Positions 19,469-28,226 of a stretch of DNA of 35,943 bases are shown in pieces. The position numbers and the translations under genes were made by a program. How positions within the stretch are numbered: the stretch's first letter is position 1; the number at the start of each line of letters is the position of its first letter. The DNA is from Pseudobdellovibrionaceae bacterium (lineage in GTDB: Bacteria > Bdellovibrionota > Bdellovibrionia > Bdellovibrionales > Bdellovibrionaceae), in assembly GCA_041288045.1 (NCBI GenBank), contig JBGGMM010000077.1:1-35943 (forward strand), given 5' to 3'. The notes beneath the pieces were generated by a model that worked only from the letters and a program-made list of their open reading frames with translations, was not told where the DNA came from and did no database searches.

Positions 19469-20182
19469 ATGACTTTTCGCAAATTATTTTTGGCGATGTC
19501 TTTTTCTTTGCCAGGATTGGCGCTCTCGGATCCACCCGTCAGCAATGGAGTGGATGCAAAAATTAAAGAATGGCAGGCCGCTCGCAAAGAATATGCTCAA
19601 CAGGCGAAGTCAGCAGAGTCTTATTTGAAAATGACACAGGCTGCTTTTGAAGGATGTCAAAAACAAGATAGCTGCAATGAAAACACCATCAATGATCTCA
19701 AAGGGCGAATGGCCAAGCACGAAAATACAATCAGCGTGATGGGCACTGGTATCAAGCATCTCGATGAGCAAATTGCAAAAACCCAGCAAGAATATGAACA
19801 GTCCAAATCTGAAAGCCGAGTGAACAGTTTGCTTGCGACTCATGGGGTTCGAGCCAATGTGGCGCAGCTTCGAGCTGATATCAAAGACCAGCAGATTCTG
19901 GCTGGAAAAATTGAAAATCAAATCGATCGAGAAGCGACAGGGATTTATTTGCAAAATAAAATTTATGCTCTTTTAAATTCTCAAGTCATTTGCTCAGCGA
20001 CAGCTCGTTGCGGAACCAAAGAGAAAATGGTCATTGACAAAAATCGGATGAAAGAAATTTTTCCTGATCATGATCCTAGCGACATTCTCACCGGTGATTT
20101 TTATCATGAAAGAGCTTTAAAGTCGAAAGAGTCTCTGAGCACTCCAGCGACTCCAGAAGCTCCCGCACCAGGCGCTCAGTAA
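19469..20182 (+). CDS. Hypothetical secreted coiled-coil protein
   Basis: GAGGAGG RBS, signal peptide, helical heptad composition. Confidence 0.7.
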   Translation: MTFRKLFLAMSFSLPGLALSDPPVSNGVDAKIKEWQAARKEYAQQAKSAESYLKMTQAAFEGCQKQDSCNENTINDLKGRMAKHENTISVMGTGIKHLDEQIAKTQQEYEQSKSESRVNSLLATHGVRANVAQLRADIKDQQILAGKIENQIDREATGIYLQNKIYALLNSQVICSATARCGTKEKMVIDKNRMKEIFPDHDPSDILTGDFYHERALKSKESLSTPATPEAPAPGAQ

Positions 20183-20236
20183 AGCATTTCCTCTTCCTTC
20201 ATTGTGTTTTAAATGCAGCCATGGGATAACCAAACC

Positions 20237-22180
20237 ATGGCTGTTTCTTTAAGTGCTGAAAAAATTGCGCTTCTCAAAGAAAAAGTGAAAGAGTATCCCA
20301 CTCAGGCCGGCGTGTATTTGATGAAAAATCAGGCCGATAAGATCATTTATGTTGGGAAAGCGAAAAATCTCAGAAATCGAGTCCGCAGTTATTTTTTAGA
20401 CTCGAAAGATCATTCGCCGAAGACTCGGGTTTTGGTCAGTCATATTCAAGAAGTCGAGTACATTCTCACTAAAACCGAAGTGGAAGCTTTTTTGCTGGAA
20501 GCTTCACTGATCAAAAAGCATCGGCCCAAATACAATATTCGGCTGAAGGATGATAAGACTTATCCCTATATCAAGCTTTCTTGGAGCGATGATTATCCAA
20601 GGCTTTATTTGAGCCGCAAAGTGAAAAAGGATGGCTCGCTTTACTTTGGCCCTTACACTCGGGGTGGGGCTGTGCAGGGAACGATTCGTTTTCTGAATCG
20701 TACTTTTAAAATTCGTGATTGCACGGATGCAGTTTTTAAATCCAGGAAGCGTCCCTGCATGACTCATCAGATTGGTCGGTGCACGGCTCCCTGTGTGCAG
20801 TTGGTGACGAAGGATGAGTATCGTCATGATATCGAAGGGGCGAAAAATTTTCTGCGTGGGCAAGATAAAAAAGTGGTCAAGCAGCTCACTGAAAGAATGA
20901 AGATCGCCTCCAGTGAAGAAAAATTTGAAGTCGCTGCTAGGCTCAGGGATTCGATTCAAGCCATCAAAGCGATTTTGGAAAAGCAAGCCGTCATCAATGC
21001 GACCAGTGAGCGGGATCAGGATGCCATTGGCTTTTTTGGCGATGAAAGGGGCTGCTTGATTGAAACCTTGCACGTTCGACAGGGGCGAGTGTTGGGAACC
21101 AGAGCGCATTACTTTCCGATGCTCGATCCTCAGGATCCGCTCGAAGATCCAAGAGAGTGGCTGATTTCATTTTTGAATCAGTACTATGAAGACAATATCA
21201 TCCCTGAAGAAGTGCTTCTGCCCGTGGATGTGGGTGGGGATATGAATAAGCTCATGGAAGCGGTGCTAAAAGAGCGTTCGGGGATGGAAGTCACAGTTCG
21301 CTATGGCTCCGGAGAGAAGGCATCGGGGTTGATTGAAATGGCCAGTGAAAATGCCAAAGCCCATTTTGAAAAGTATGTCACCAAATCGGAAGAGAAGCGA
21401 AAAGGGCTTGTCGAAATTCAAGATCGCTTGAGCCTGCCAAATCTGCCAATGCGGATTGAGTGCTATGACATTTCCAATTTTCAAGGGGCTGAGAGTGTCG
21501 CATCGCAAGTGGTGTTTGAAGAAGGAGTGCCGAGCAAAGAGCACTATCGAAGGTACAAAATCAAGACTGTCGAAGGCCCCAATGACTATGCTTCGATGAA
21601 AGAAGTGCTCTCTAGACGATTTCAGCACACCGAGTATGAGGATCCTCAGCTGATCGTCATCGACGGGGGCAAGGGGCAGCTCAATGTGGCTGTGAAAATT
21701 TTAAAGGAAATTGGAAGACCGGAAATTCCGGTGGTAGGTCTGGCGAAAGCTCGAGTGCAGGGGGAGTTTTCGGATTCAGAAGTATTTAGCACCGAGGAAA
21801 GATTTTTCCTTCCAGGCCGGGCCAATCCCGTGGTGTTTAAACCCAATTCGGAAGCTCACCATATTTTGGTCGGGATTCGTGATGAGGCCCACCGCTTTGC
21901 CATCACTTACCATCGCAAATTGCGAGAAGCGACGAGTTTGGAATCTGCTTTGGATTTCGTCGTGGGTCTTGGGGAGAAGCGCAAAAAAGAATTGCTGCGA
22001 GTCTTCTCAGATGTGCAAGCCATCAAAGCCGCCGATACTGAGGACATTGCTAAGATTCCAGGTTTTAACCGAGTTCTTGCCGAGAGAATTCTTTTGCAGC
22101 TCAACGAAGACGAAGATGAAAGTAGCGTTCCTGAATCCGAAGTGCCAGCGACTGAAATTCCGGTTGGGGAGAAGGTTTGA
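20237..22180 (+). CDS. uvrC: Excinuclease ABC subunit C
   Basis: GIY-YIG (GVY...IYVGKAKNL), Cys cluster, RIECYDIS, IDGGKGQ, RDEAHRFA and HhH motifs. Confidence 0.97.
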   Translation: MAVSLSAEKIALLKEKVKEYPTQAGVYLMKNQADKIIYVGKAKNLRNRVRSYFLDSKDHSPKTRVLVSHIQEVEYILTKTEVEAFLLEASLIKKHRPKYNIRLKDDKTYPYIKLSWSDDYPRLYLSRKVKKDGSLYFGPYTRGGAVQGTIRFLNRTFKIRDCTDAVFKSRKRPCMTHQIGRCTAPCVQLVTKDEYRHDIEGAKNFLRGQDKKVVKQLTERMKIASSEEKFEVAARLRDSIQAIKAILEKQAVINATSERDQDAIGFFGDERGCLIETLHVRQGRVLGTRAHYFPMLDPQDPLEDPREWLISFLNQYYEDNIIPEEVLLPVDVGGDMNKLMEAVLKERSGMEVTVRYGSGEKASGLIEMASENAKAHFEKYVTKSEEKRKGLVEIQDRLSLPNLPMRIECYDISNFQGAESVASQVVFEEGVPSKEHYRRYKIKTVEGPNDYASMKEVLSRRFQHTEYEDPQLIVIDGGKGQLNVAVKILKEIGRPEIPVVGLAKARVQGEFSDSEVFSTEERFFLPGRANPVVFKPNSEAHHILVGIRDEAHRFAITYHRKLREATSLESALDFVVGLGEKRKKELLRVFSDVQAIKAADTEDIAKIPGFNRVLAERILLQLNEDEDESSVPESEVPATEIPVGEKV

Positions 22181-22334
22181 TTTTGCGTCTGGCAAATTTG
22201 GGATTTTTTGTTGAATCTGCACGTCGACTGTTAGCAATTGAGCATTCTCCGAAATTCAGAATGAATTTGCCCGAATGACTTCGTTTTTATTTAGCTTTGG
22301 ATGTTTTGGATTGAGACTGTCTCTATGTGAAACA

Positions 22335-22350
22335 GGGCATGGGCATTGCA
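22335..22350 (+). promoter_or_regulatory. sigma54 -24/-12 promoter candidate
   Basis: GGGCATGGGCATTGCA: GG-N10-GC with TTGCA, about 44 nt before the ATG at 22394. Confidence 0.6.
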
Positions 22351-22393
22351 ATTTAAAAGATTGAAAGTCCTTCAGTAAAGCTCAGAGGTTTAT

Positions 22394-23134
22394 ATGAAAT
22401 TCAACATGAAGTTCCTTTCTTGTGCATCGATGATAGTTGCGTCTTTCCCGCTGACTTCTTTAGCTGATCAAATGACACCGGAAGACCTGATGAAATTCAC
22501 GGGGACCTATGAACTGGTCGGCAAGTGTGCTGAAGAGCGAACAAAGGCGGCGAAGCAAAAGGGAATCGAAACGGAAAATAAAATTTATGTTTTCCCGACA
22601 TCCTTATTGAATTTAACCGTCGAAGGAAATGGGATTGATGCCTACTTTCAGACGGATGAGGAAAAGTATTCTGAAAGCGCCATCATTCAATCGGGAGTTA
22701 TTTACGGAAGGGAATCAATGAAACGGACCTTTTCCCGAAGTCAGATGAAGGTTGAAGAGAAAAAATTGAGCGATTCCTTTATTCCACCACAGAAATTCCA
22801 AAGGCATACTTCTATTCAGATGAAAAAAGATGGCGAGCTGTCGCTTCGAGTGCGTGTGGATGGAGTTTCTAAAACAGAAGAATCAGAATGCGAGCTGCGA
22901 AGAATTGCTCCTTATCGCTTTCAGGACCATGTGGAGCATGTTGTCAGCAAACGAAGCGGTGACCACACTCTTCGTCAATTCATGGTTAAGACATACATAG
23001 ACTCCAAAGACCCAGTCTTGCGAAAAGAAATCGCTGATGCTTTTAAAACCTTAAACGACAAAATTCCCCAATTTAAAGCCCATGGTCAGCCTATCGTTAG
23101 GCTTCCAACGGTTTCGGAGGATGGGACGCGGTAG
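22394..23134 (+). CDS. Hypothetical secreted protein
   Basis: GAGG RBS and signal peptide (SLA-D); no recognisable family. Confidence 0.7.
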   Translation: MKFNMKFLSCASMIVASFPLTSLADQMTPEDLMKFTGTYELVGKCAEERTKAAKQKGIETENKIYVFPTSLLNLTVEGNGIDAYFQTDEEKYSESAIIQSGVIYGRESMKRTFSRSQMKVEEKKLSDSFIPPQKFQRHTSIQMKKDGELSLRVRVDGVSKTEESECELRRIAPYRFQDHVEHVVSKRSGDHTLRQFMVKTYIDSKDPVLRKEIADAFKTLNDKIPQFKAHGQPIVRLPTVSEDGTR

Positions 23135-23144
23135 GCTTGGAGGG

Positions 23145-23237
23145 TCGGTCACAGGGTCTCTAGCGCAGCTGTGCCGAGGGTAAACGGGAGAGTGTGTTCG
23201 TCCATGGAAGGCTGCATTCTGGACGTCATGTCCAGAA
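23145..23237. repeat. Structured intergenic repeat, copy 2
   Basis: 23154-23186 matches 13574-13606 at 29/33 positions; similarity continues to GAAGGCT and a terminal hairpin. Confidence 0.75.
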
Positions 23238-23296
23238 GGACTTGAAGAGAAAAACAAAAGGCAAAATACACAATACATAATTTCAAAAGGGGAAGA

Positions 23297-23968
23297 TCAC
23301 GTTGGCATTTGAGCGCGTCTTACTTCATTCACATACAGGTGCGCTTGTCTTGTGGGTTCTGGGATTCGGTGTTTGCGGACGCAGGCTTGAGTGATTCGGA
23401 CTGCGGATTCGAAATCCATTCGGTGGCCTGGTGAAATGAAAACGGGGTTGACCTTGTTTTTTGTTCTGAACACGACTCCGATTTGCTCTTTGGTTTTTTT
23501 CTCAAGCAGTGGGGATTGGCTTGCGAAATTGGGCCCGGGAGTTTCGAAGGTTCCGGTGAGCAGGCTTTTGGCGCAGCCGATGCTGGGGATGTCCAACAGA
23601 AGACCGGCGTGACTGGCGATTCCCAGTCTTCGTGGGTGAGCGATTCCTTGGCCGTCAAACATCATCACATCTGGTTTGGTTTTTAAATTTTCCCAAGCTT
23701 TCAGCAGTGGGGGGATTTCGCGAAAAGAGAGAAGTCCTGGGATGTAGGGAAAATCCACGTCCATGATGGCGCTCGCACGGTCGACAATTTCCAAAGTCTG
23801 AAAATCTAAAACTACAAAGCCCGCATAAATGGTTGGTGAGTATTTGTTGAAGGAGACATCGGCGCCGCCAATCAGTTTCAGAGGAGCTATGTAAGGCTCA
23901 AGACGAATCTGGGATTTCAGTTCATTTTGGATTTGGACTGCTTCTTGTGGTGAGTGATGAAAGTCCAT
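23297..23968 (-). CDS. nfi: Endonuclease V (deoxyinosine 3' endonuclease)
   Basis: GADVS, FPYIPGLLSFRE, DGQGIAHPRRLGIASH, IGCAKS and PEPTRQAH motifs. Start MDFHH chosen. Confidence 0.93.
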   Translation of the reverse strand: MDFHHSPQEAVQIQNELKSQIRLEPYIAPLKLIGGADVSFNKYSPTIYAGFVVLDFQTLEIVDRASAIMDVDFPYIPGLLSFREIPPLLKAWENLKTKPDVMMFDGQGIAHPRRLGIASHAGLLLDIPSIGCAKSLLTGTFETPGPNFASQSPLLEKKTKEQIGVVFRTKNKVNPVFISPGHRMDFESAVRITQACVRKHRIPEPTRQAHLYVNEVRRAQMPT

Positions 23969-24036
23969 GAAAGAATTCTTTCGCTTTTTGAGATTGCAAG
24001 CAAGGAGAGAGGGGTGCTTTGTAGATTTACAAGGCT

Positions 24037-24243
24037 TTATTGAATATTGTGAGCTTCGGTGCGGATATGGGTTGCGCAAGAAGGGCAGTGGCTTTTCTCT
24101 TCGAGAGAGTTAGTAACAGGATCGATTTCCACTTGGAAATGGAGCAAGTGGCCACAGTGGGGGCAATTGTTAACCGCTTCTTTAAAAGCTTCGCGGCGCT
24201 CAACGTCTTCCAGTGGTAAAATGTTAAATCGAAAGATTTCCAT
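24037..24243 (-). CDS. Small zinc-ribbon protein (CxxC...CxxC)
   Basis: CPHCG and CPSC motifs; directly downstream of a sigma28-type promoter. Confidence 0.65.
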   Translation of the reverse strand: MEIFRFNILPLEDVERREAFKEAVNNCPHCGHLLHFQVEIDPVTNSLEEKSHCPSCATHIRTEAHNIQ

Positions 24244-24251
24244 ATGAGAGC

Positions 24252-24278
24252 TTATCGGCGAGACGCGTGTCAGCTTGA
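24252..24278 (-). promoter_or_regulatory. sigma28 (FliA) promoter
   Basis: Minus strand TCAA-N15-GCCGATAA, 8 nt before the ATG at 24243. Confidence 0.75.
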
Positions 24279-24331
24279 GTCAAAGTGGGTGAAAACTGGA
24301 CCTGAGGCGAGGGGGCCACTAGAGTGCCTTC

Positions 24332-24781
24332 ATGGCAATGGAAGCTTATCTGCATTATCTAGATCAGGTGCTGGGAGTTCGGAGTGTGATTCTTCCAGAT
24401 AGCGAATCTGCGCCTGCGGCCTCCCCTCAATCTGTGCCCATAAAAGAAGCAGGAATTTCGGTGCTCTTTCTGGCGGAAAAAATCTGGAGTCGGCCAGCGG
24501 ATCAGCTTTTTCAAAAAATGCGAGAAGCGATGAAGCTCTCAGCTGATTCGGTGCGAGTGATGTTTCTCCAGAATTCCACACAGGCCGATATTCAGCTGCA
24601 AGCCTTGGCTTCACGCTGTGTGGTCTGTTTTTCAAAATCGATTTTTGATTCTTTGCCTGCGGATACGTCCCTCAAGTTTCACACTCATGATCCAGAAGAG
24701 CTCATCAAAAAAGCGGACTTGAAAAAAACCACTTGGGAAGATTTAAAAAAAGTCATGAAAGCTTTAGAGACGAAGCCATGA
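24332..24781 (+). CDS. Degenerate uracil-DNA-glycosylase family 4-like / DNA Pol III psi-like protein
   Basis: VLFLAE..ADQLFQKMREAMKL and THDPEELIKKADLKKTTWEDLKKV resemble UDG-4 motifs, but catalytic and Fe-S residues are absent. Confidence 0.55.
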   Translation: MAMEAYLHYLDQVLGVRSVILPDSESAPAASPQSVPIKEAGISVLFLAEKIWSRPADQLFQKMREAMKLSADSVRVMFLQNSTQADIQLQALASRCVVCFSKSIFDSLPADTSLKFHTHDPEELIKKADLKKTTWEDLKKVMKALETKP

Positions 24782-26043
24782 GATTTTTTTTATTTTTTTT
24801 CCTTTTGACCGCAAGTCTGCAGTCCTTCGCGGATTGCACTTTGGCGGTGAATATCCAAGGTGCGATCACAGCAGCCACCAAAGATTATTTGCAACGAGCG
24901 GAAAAAGAAGCCGAGAAGCAAAATTGCCAATCCATTTTCGTCAGACTCAACACTCCTGGTGGTGAGCTTCAGGCGACTCGCTGGATTGTAGAAAAAATTC
25001 TCGCCTCGCCAAGGCCCTATCTTTGCCTAATCACTCCCAGCGGCGGACATGCCGGCAGTGCCGGAGCTTTGATTCTGCAAGCTTGTCATGTCAATGGCGG
25101 AGTTTCCGCCACCAACCTGGGCGCAGCCACTCCCATCCTGGGAGGCGGGCAAACTTTGCCGGAAGATTTGCGCAAGAAGATGATCAACGACACCGTCAGT
25201 TGGTCGCAAGGACTGGCGAAAATTCGCGGGCGCAATGAAAAATTCGCGCAAGAGATCGTGACTGAAGCCAAGGCGGTGAGTAGTGAAGAGGCTTTTAAAT
25301 TCAAAGCTCTGGATATTTTCGCTGCCAATGAAGTGGATTTTTTAGGAAAAGCAAAAAATTTCAAAGTGCTGGTTCAAGAAGAAAAAAACAAAGCTGTGGT
25401 GGTTGGGGATTTACGAGAATTTCCAACGGATGTGCGCTATAAAATTTTGGATTTCGTCGCCGATCCAGAATTGGCCTATCTGCTATTCATGGCTTCGCTG
25501 GCGCTTTTGTATTTTGAAATCACTCATCCGGGCTTTATTGCACCTGGAGTGCTGGGTGGTTTGGGACTCATCCTCTCACTCATCGCCTTTCACAAATTGG
25601 AAGTGCAGTGGGGCGGATTGGCCTTGATCCTGTTGGGAATTTGCTTTCTGATTGCCGAAGTCTTTGTCCCAAGCTTTGGGATTCTAGGTGTGGGCGGTGT
25701 GATTTCGCTGATTGTGGGGAGCTTTTTTCTCTACGATGCGGAGCTCACGGGATTCACTTTGCCCTGGGCTTTGATTTTGATGGTTTCTCTTTTTCTCGGC
25801 GCAATTTTCATGGGGCTTGGTTATCTGGCCTGGAAAAGTGTGCGCCGGGGAAAGAAAAATCTGGATGCGGATTTGATCGGTCGATCAGCCTCGGTGGTCA
25901 GTCTTGAAAACGCCACTCGTGGACAAATTGAAGTGCTGGGCGAAATTTGGCGAATTGAGAGCTCAGATTCTTTGGCGCTGAACGACCGAATTTTAATCAC
26001 TGGACGCGATGGATTGATTTTAAAAGTCAAAAAGGAACTCTGA
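24778..26043 (+). CDS. nfeD: NfeD-family membrane-bound serine protease (long form)
   Basis: [18 protein letters not shown] and KKMIND motifs, TM bundle, C-terminal OB fold (GEIW); adjacent to an SPFH gene. Confidence 0.9.
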   Translation: MRFFLFFFLLTASLQSFADCTLAVNIQGAITAATKDYLQRAEKEAEKQNCQSIFVRLNTPGGELQATRWIVEKILASPRPYLCLITPSGGHAGSAGALILQACHVNGGVSATNLGAATPILGGGQTLPEDLRKKMINDTVSWSQGLAKIRGRNEKFAQEIVTEAKAVSSEEAFKFKALDIFAANEVDFLGKAKNFKVLVQEEKNKAVVVGDLREFPTDVRYKILDFVADPELAYLLFMASLALLYFEITHPGFIAPGVLGGLGLILSLIAFHKLEVQWGGLALILLGICFLIAEVFVPSFGILGVGGVISLIVGSFFLYDAELTGFTLPWALILMVSLFLGAIFMGLGYLAWKSVRRGKKNLDADLIGRSASVVSLENATRGQIEVLGEIWRIESSDSLALNDRILITGRDGLILKVKKEL

Positions 26044-26056
26044 TCAAGGAGATCTC

Positions 26057-26800
26057 ATGGAATATTTCGGCGGCTTAGGTGTCATTGTTTTTTTTCTGCT
26101 CGCAATTTTAGGAAGCGCGGTCAAAATTCTCTCGGAATGGGAGCGGGGAGTGGTTCTGCGATTCGGTCGCTCCGTGGGGATTAGGGGCCCTGGCTTGATC
26201 CTGCTCATTCCCTTCGTTGAGCGCATCATCAAAGTCGACACTCGCACCATCACCATGGACATCCCTCCCCAAGACGTGATCACCAAAGACAACGTCTCGA
26301 TGAAAGTGAATGCCGTCGTCTACTTCAAAGTCATCGACCCCGAACAAGCTATCACCAAAGTTGAAGATTTCCTTTTCGCGACAAGCCAGCTGGCACAGAC
26401 CACTCTGCGAAGCGTACTAGGTCAGTACCAACTGGACGAAGTTCTCTCACAACGAGATCGAATCAATCACACATTGCAAGACATCCTGGATCGCCAAACA
26501 GAACCCTGGGGAATCAAAGTCTCCATGGTCGAAGTGAAGCAAATCGATCTGCCAAAAGAAATGCAAAGAGCCATGGCCCGAGAAGCCGAAGCCGAGCGCG
26601 AACGCCGAGCCAAAGTCATCAGCGCCGAAGGGGAGCTGCAACGAGCCCAAAAGCTCGCCGACGCCTCGAATGCGCTGGCAAGCTCACCATCAGCCCTGCA
26701 GCTCGCTTACTTGCAAACTCTCAATGAGATTTCCAGCGATAAGACAAACACCATCATCTTTCCGCTGCCGTTGGATCTGCTGAAGCCCTTTGTGAAGTGA
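26057..26800 (+). CDS. Stomatin-like SPFH/band 7 (slipin) protein
   Basis: [30 protein letters not shown] and [12 protein letters not shown] motifs. Confidence 0.93.
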   Translation: MEYFGGLGVIVFFLLAILGSAVKILSEWERGVVLRFGRSVGIRGPGLILLIPFVERIIKVDTRTITMDIPPQDVITKDNVSMKVNAVVYFKVIDPEQAITKVEDFLFATSQLAQTTLRSVLGQYQLDEVLSQRDRINHTLQDILDRQTEPWGIKVSMVEVKQIDLPKEMQRAMAREAEAERERRAKVISAEGELQRAQKLADASNALASSPSALQLAYLQTLNEISSDKTNTIIFPLPLDLLKPFVK

Positions 26801-26822
26801 ATCACAAGCTCTTCCTGGCGCT

Positions 26823-26876
26823 AAGTCCAGACCTCAGCCTCCCATCCATCAATGGGTGTCAGGACTTCGTTTTTTT
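26823..26876 (+). terminator. Extended hairpin plus U-tract after the slipin gene
   Basis: AAGTCC/GGACTT and CCCAT/ATGGG stems, then T7. Confidence 0.5.
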
Positions 26877-26922
26877 AGTAATTTAAAATTCTAGCCCTCA
26901 ATTCGAAAACGACAACAAGGAT

Positions 26923-28128
26923 GTGGTCGACGTGGCAGGATTTTTCTTTGTGCTGCTCAGCGCTTTTGTTTTTTCGGCAAATTTGCAAGCTTCGGAAAAT
27001 CCGCTGATTCGTGTGCGCATGGAAAGCTCGGCTGAATTGCTGCAACTCGAAGGTGCAGGGCTTCAAGTACAAGCCCGCGAAAATGATCCTCGCTATGAAT
27101 TCGTCGCCATTCCTCAAAACAAGAAAATTCAGATCGAGCGGGTGCAATTGGGCGGGCAGCCGGTTTGGAAAATCACTCGTGGCAGCCAAATTGAAATTCG
27201 TACCGAGCCCATCGTCACCATTCAAGGCCATGATATCCGCTCAAAAGGAAAGCTTCTCCCCAATCATCTTTTTCTTTCGAGCAAAAAAAATCGCTTCGAC
27301 TTGATCGCAGTGCTGCCTTTGGAAGATTATCTGATCGGTGTGATTGCTAGCGAAATGCCTCTCTCTTGGCCTATGGAAACTTTGAAGGCACAGGCCATTG
27401 CCGCACGCTCTTATGCTCTGGCCACCATCAAAGAAAGAGCCAAGCAGCCCTTTCATGTCGAGAGCACCATTTTGGATCAAGTCTTCTCTCACATTGGCAG
27501 TGGTCCTGATGAAAGCCCTCTCATCCAGCACGCCAAAGCTGCCGTGCGAGCCACCGAAGGTCAGATTCTTCTCAATACCAAATCCCAAGCACTGAAAGCT
27601 TTCTACCATTCCGATTGTGGAGGCAAGACCTCCGACGCGAAGCAGGTGTGGGGCTCTGGCAATCCCACGGGCTCTGTGAAAGATCCCTCTTGTCCCAGCC
27701 GGCCACAAGCCCACTGGAAGCTCGAGCTCAGTGAAGAGGCTTTGGGACAAAGACTGCAAAAGTATTTGAAAAATTCAAATCTAGGGAATTTGCAAGCCCT
27801 GCAATTGATCCGCCCCTCAGCCGAAGACCGAGTCGAGAAAATGCGTTTGTCTTTCGAAGACGGTGAAGAGCTCGTGATCCCAGCCCAAGACTTCCGAGCT
27901 GCGATTGGCTTTGATCAGCTCAAAAGCACCTTCTTCCAAGTCAAAAAGATCGACGAAAAATATCAGTTCATTGGCCAGGGATTTGGTCATGGGGTGGGGC
28001 TTTGTCAGTGGGGAGCCCGGCATTTGGGAAAATCAGGCCAGAGCTATTCAGAGATTCTGAATCACTACTATCCGAAAGCAGTTTTGTCGCTTAGAAGCTC
28101 GCCAGAACGCGAAATCCAAACAAGATAA
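26923..28128 (+). CDS. SpoIID/LytB-domain lytic transglycosylase
   Basis: LEDYLIGVIASEMP..WP.E.LKAQAIAARSYA, FYHSDCGG and GFGHGVGLCQWGA motifs. Confidence 0.92.
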   Translation: MVDVAGFFFVLLSAFVFSANLQASENPLIRVRMESSAELLQLEGAGLQVQARENDPRYEFVAIPQNKKIQIERVQLGGQPVWKITRGSQIEIRTEPIVTIQGHDIRSKGKLLPNHLFLSSKKNRFDLIAVLPLEDYLIGVIASEMPLSWPMETLKAQAIAARSYALATIKERAKQPFHVESTILDQVFSHIGSGPDESPLIQHAKAAVRATEGQILLNTKSQALKAFYHSDCGGKTSDAKQVWGSGNPTGSVKDPSCPSRPQAHWKLELSEEALGQRLQKYLKNSNLGNLQALQLIRPSAEDRVEKMRLSFEDGEELVIPAQDFRAAIGFDQLKSTFFQVKKIDEKYQFIGQGFGHGVGLCQWGARHLGKSGQSYSEILNHYYPKAVLSLRSSPEREIQTR

Positions 28129-28226
28129 CAGCAGCCAGGGCCAACAATTGTGATGCGGAAATTTGCAAGCTATTCATTCATTTTAAACATCGGCTGATTT
28201 TGTCAAGACTGAAGCGAATTCATGAA

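Noticed and set aside
24202..24229. dif-like site (AAATGTTAAAT resembles the XerD arm)
   Set aside because: No XerC arm at the right spacing, and it lies inside a coding region.
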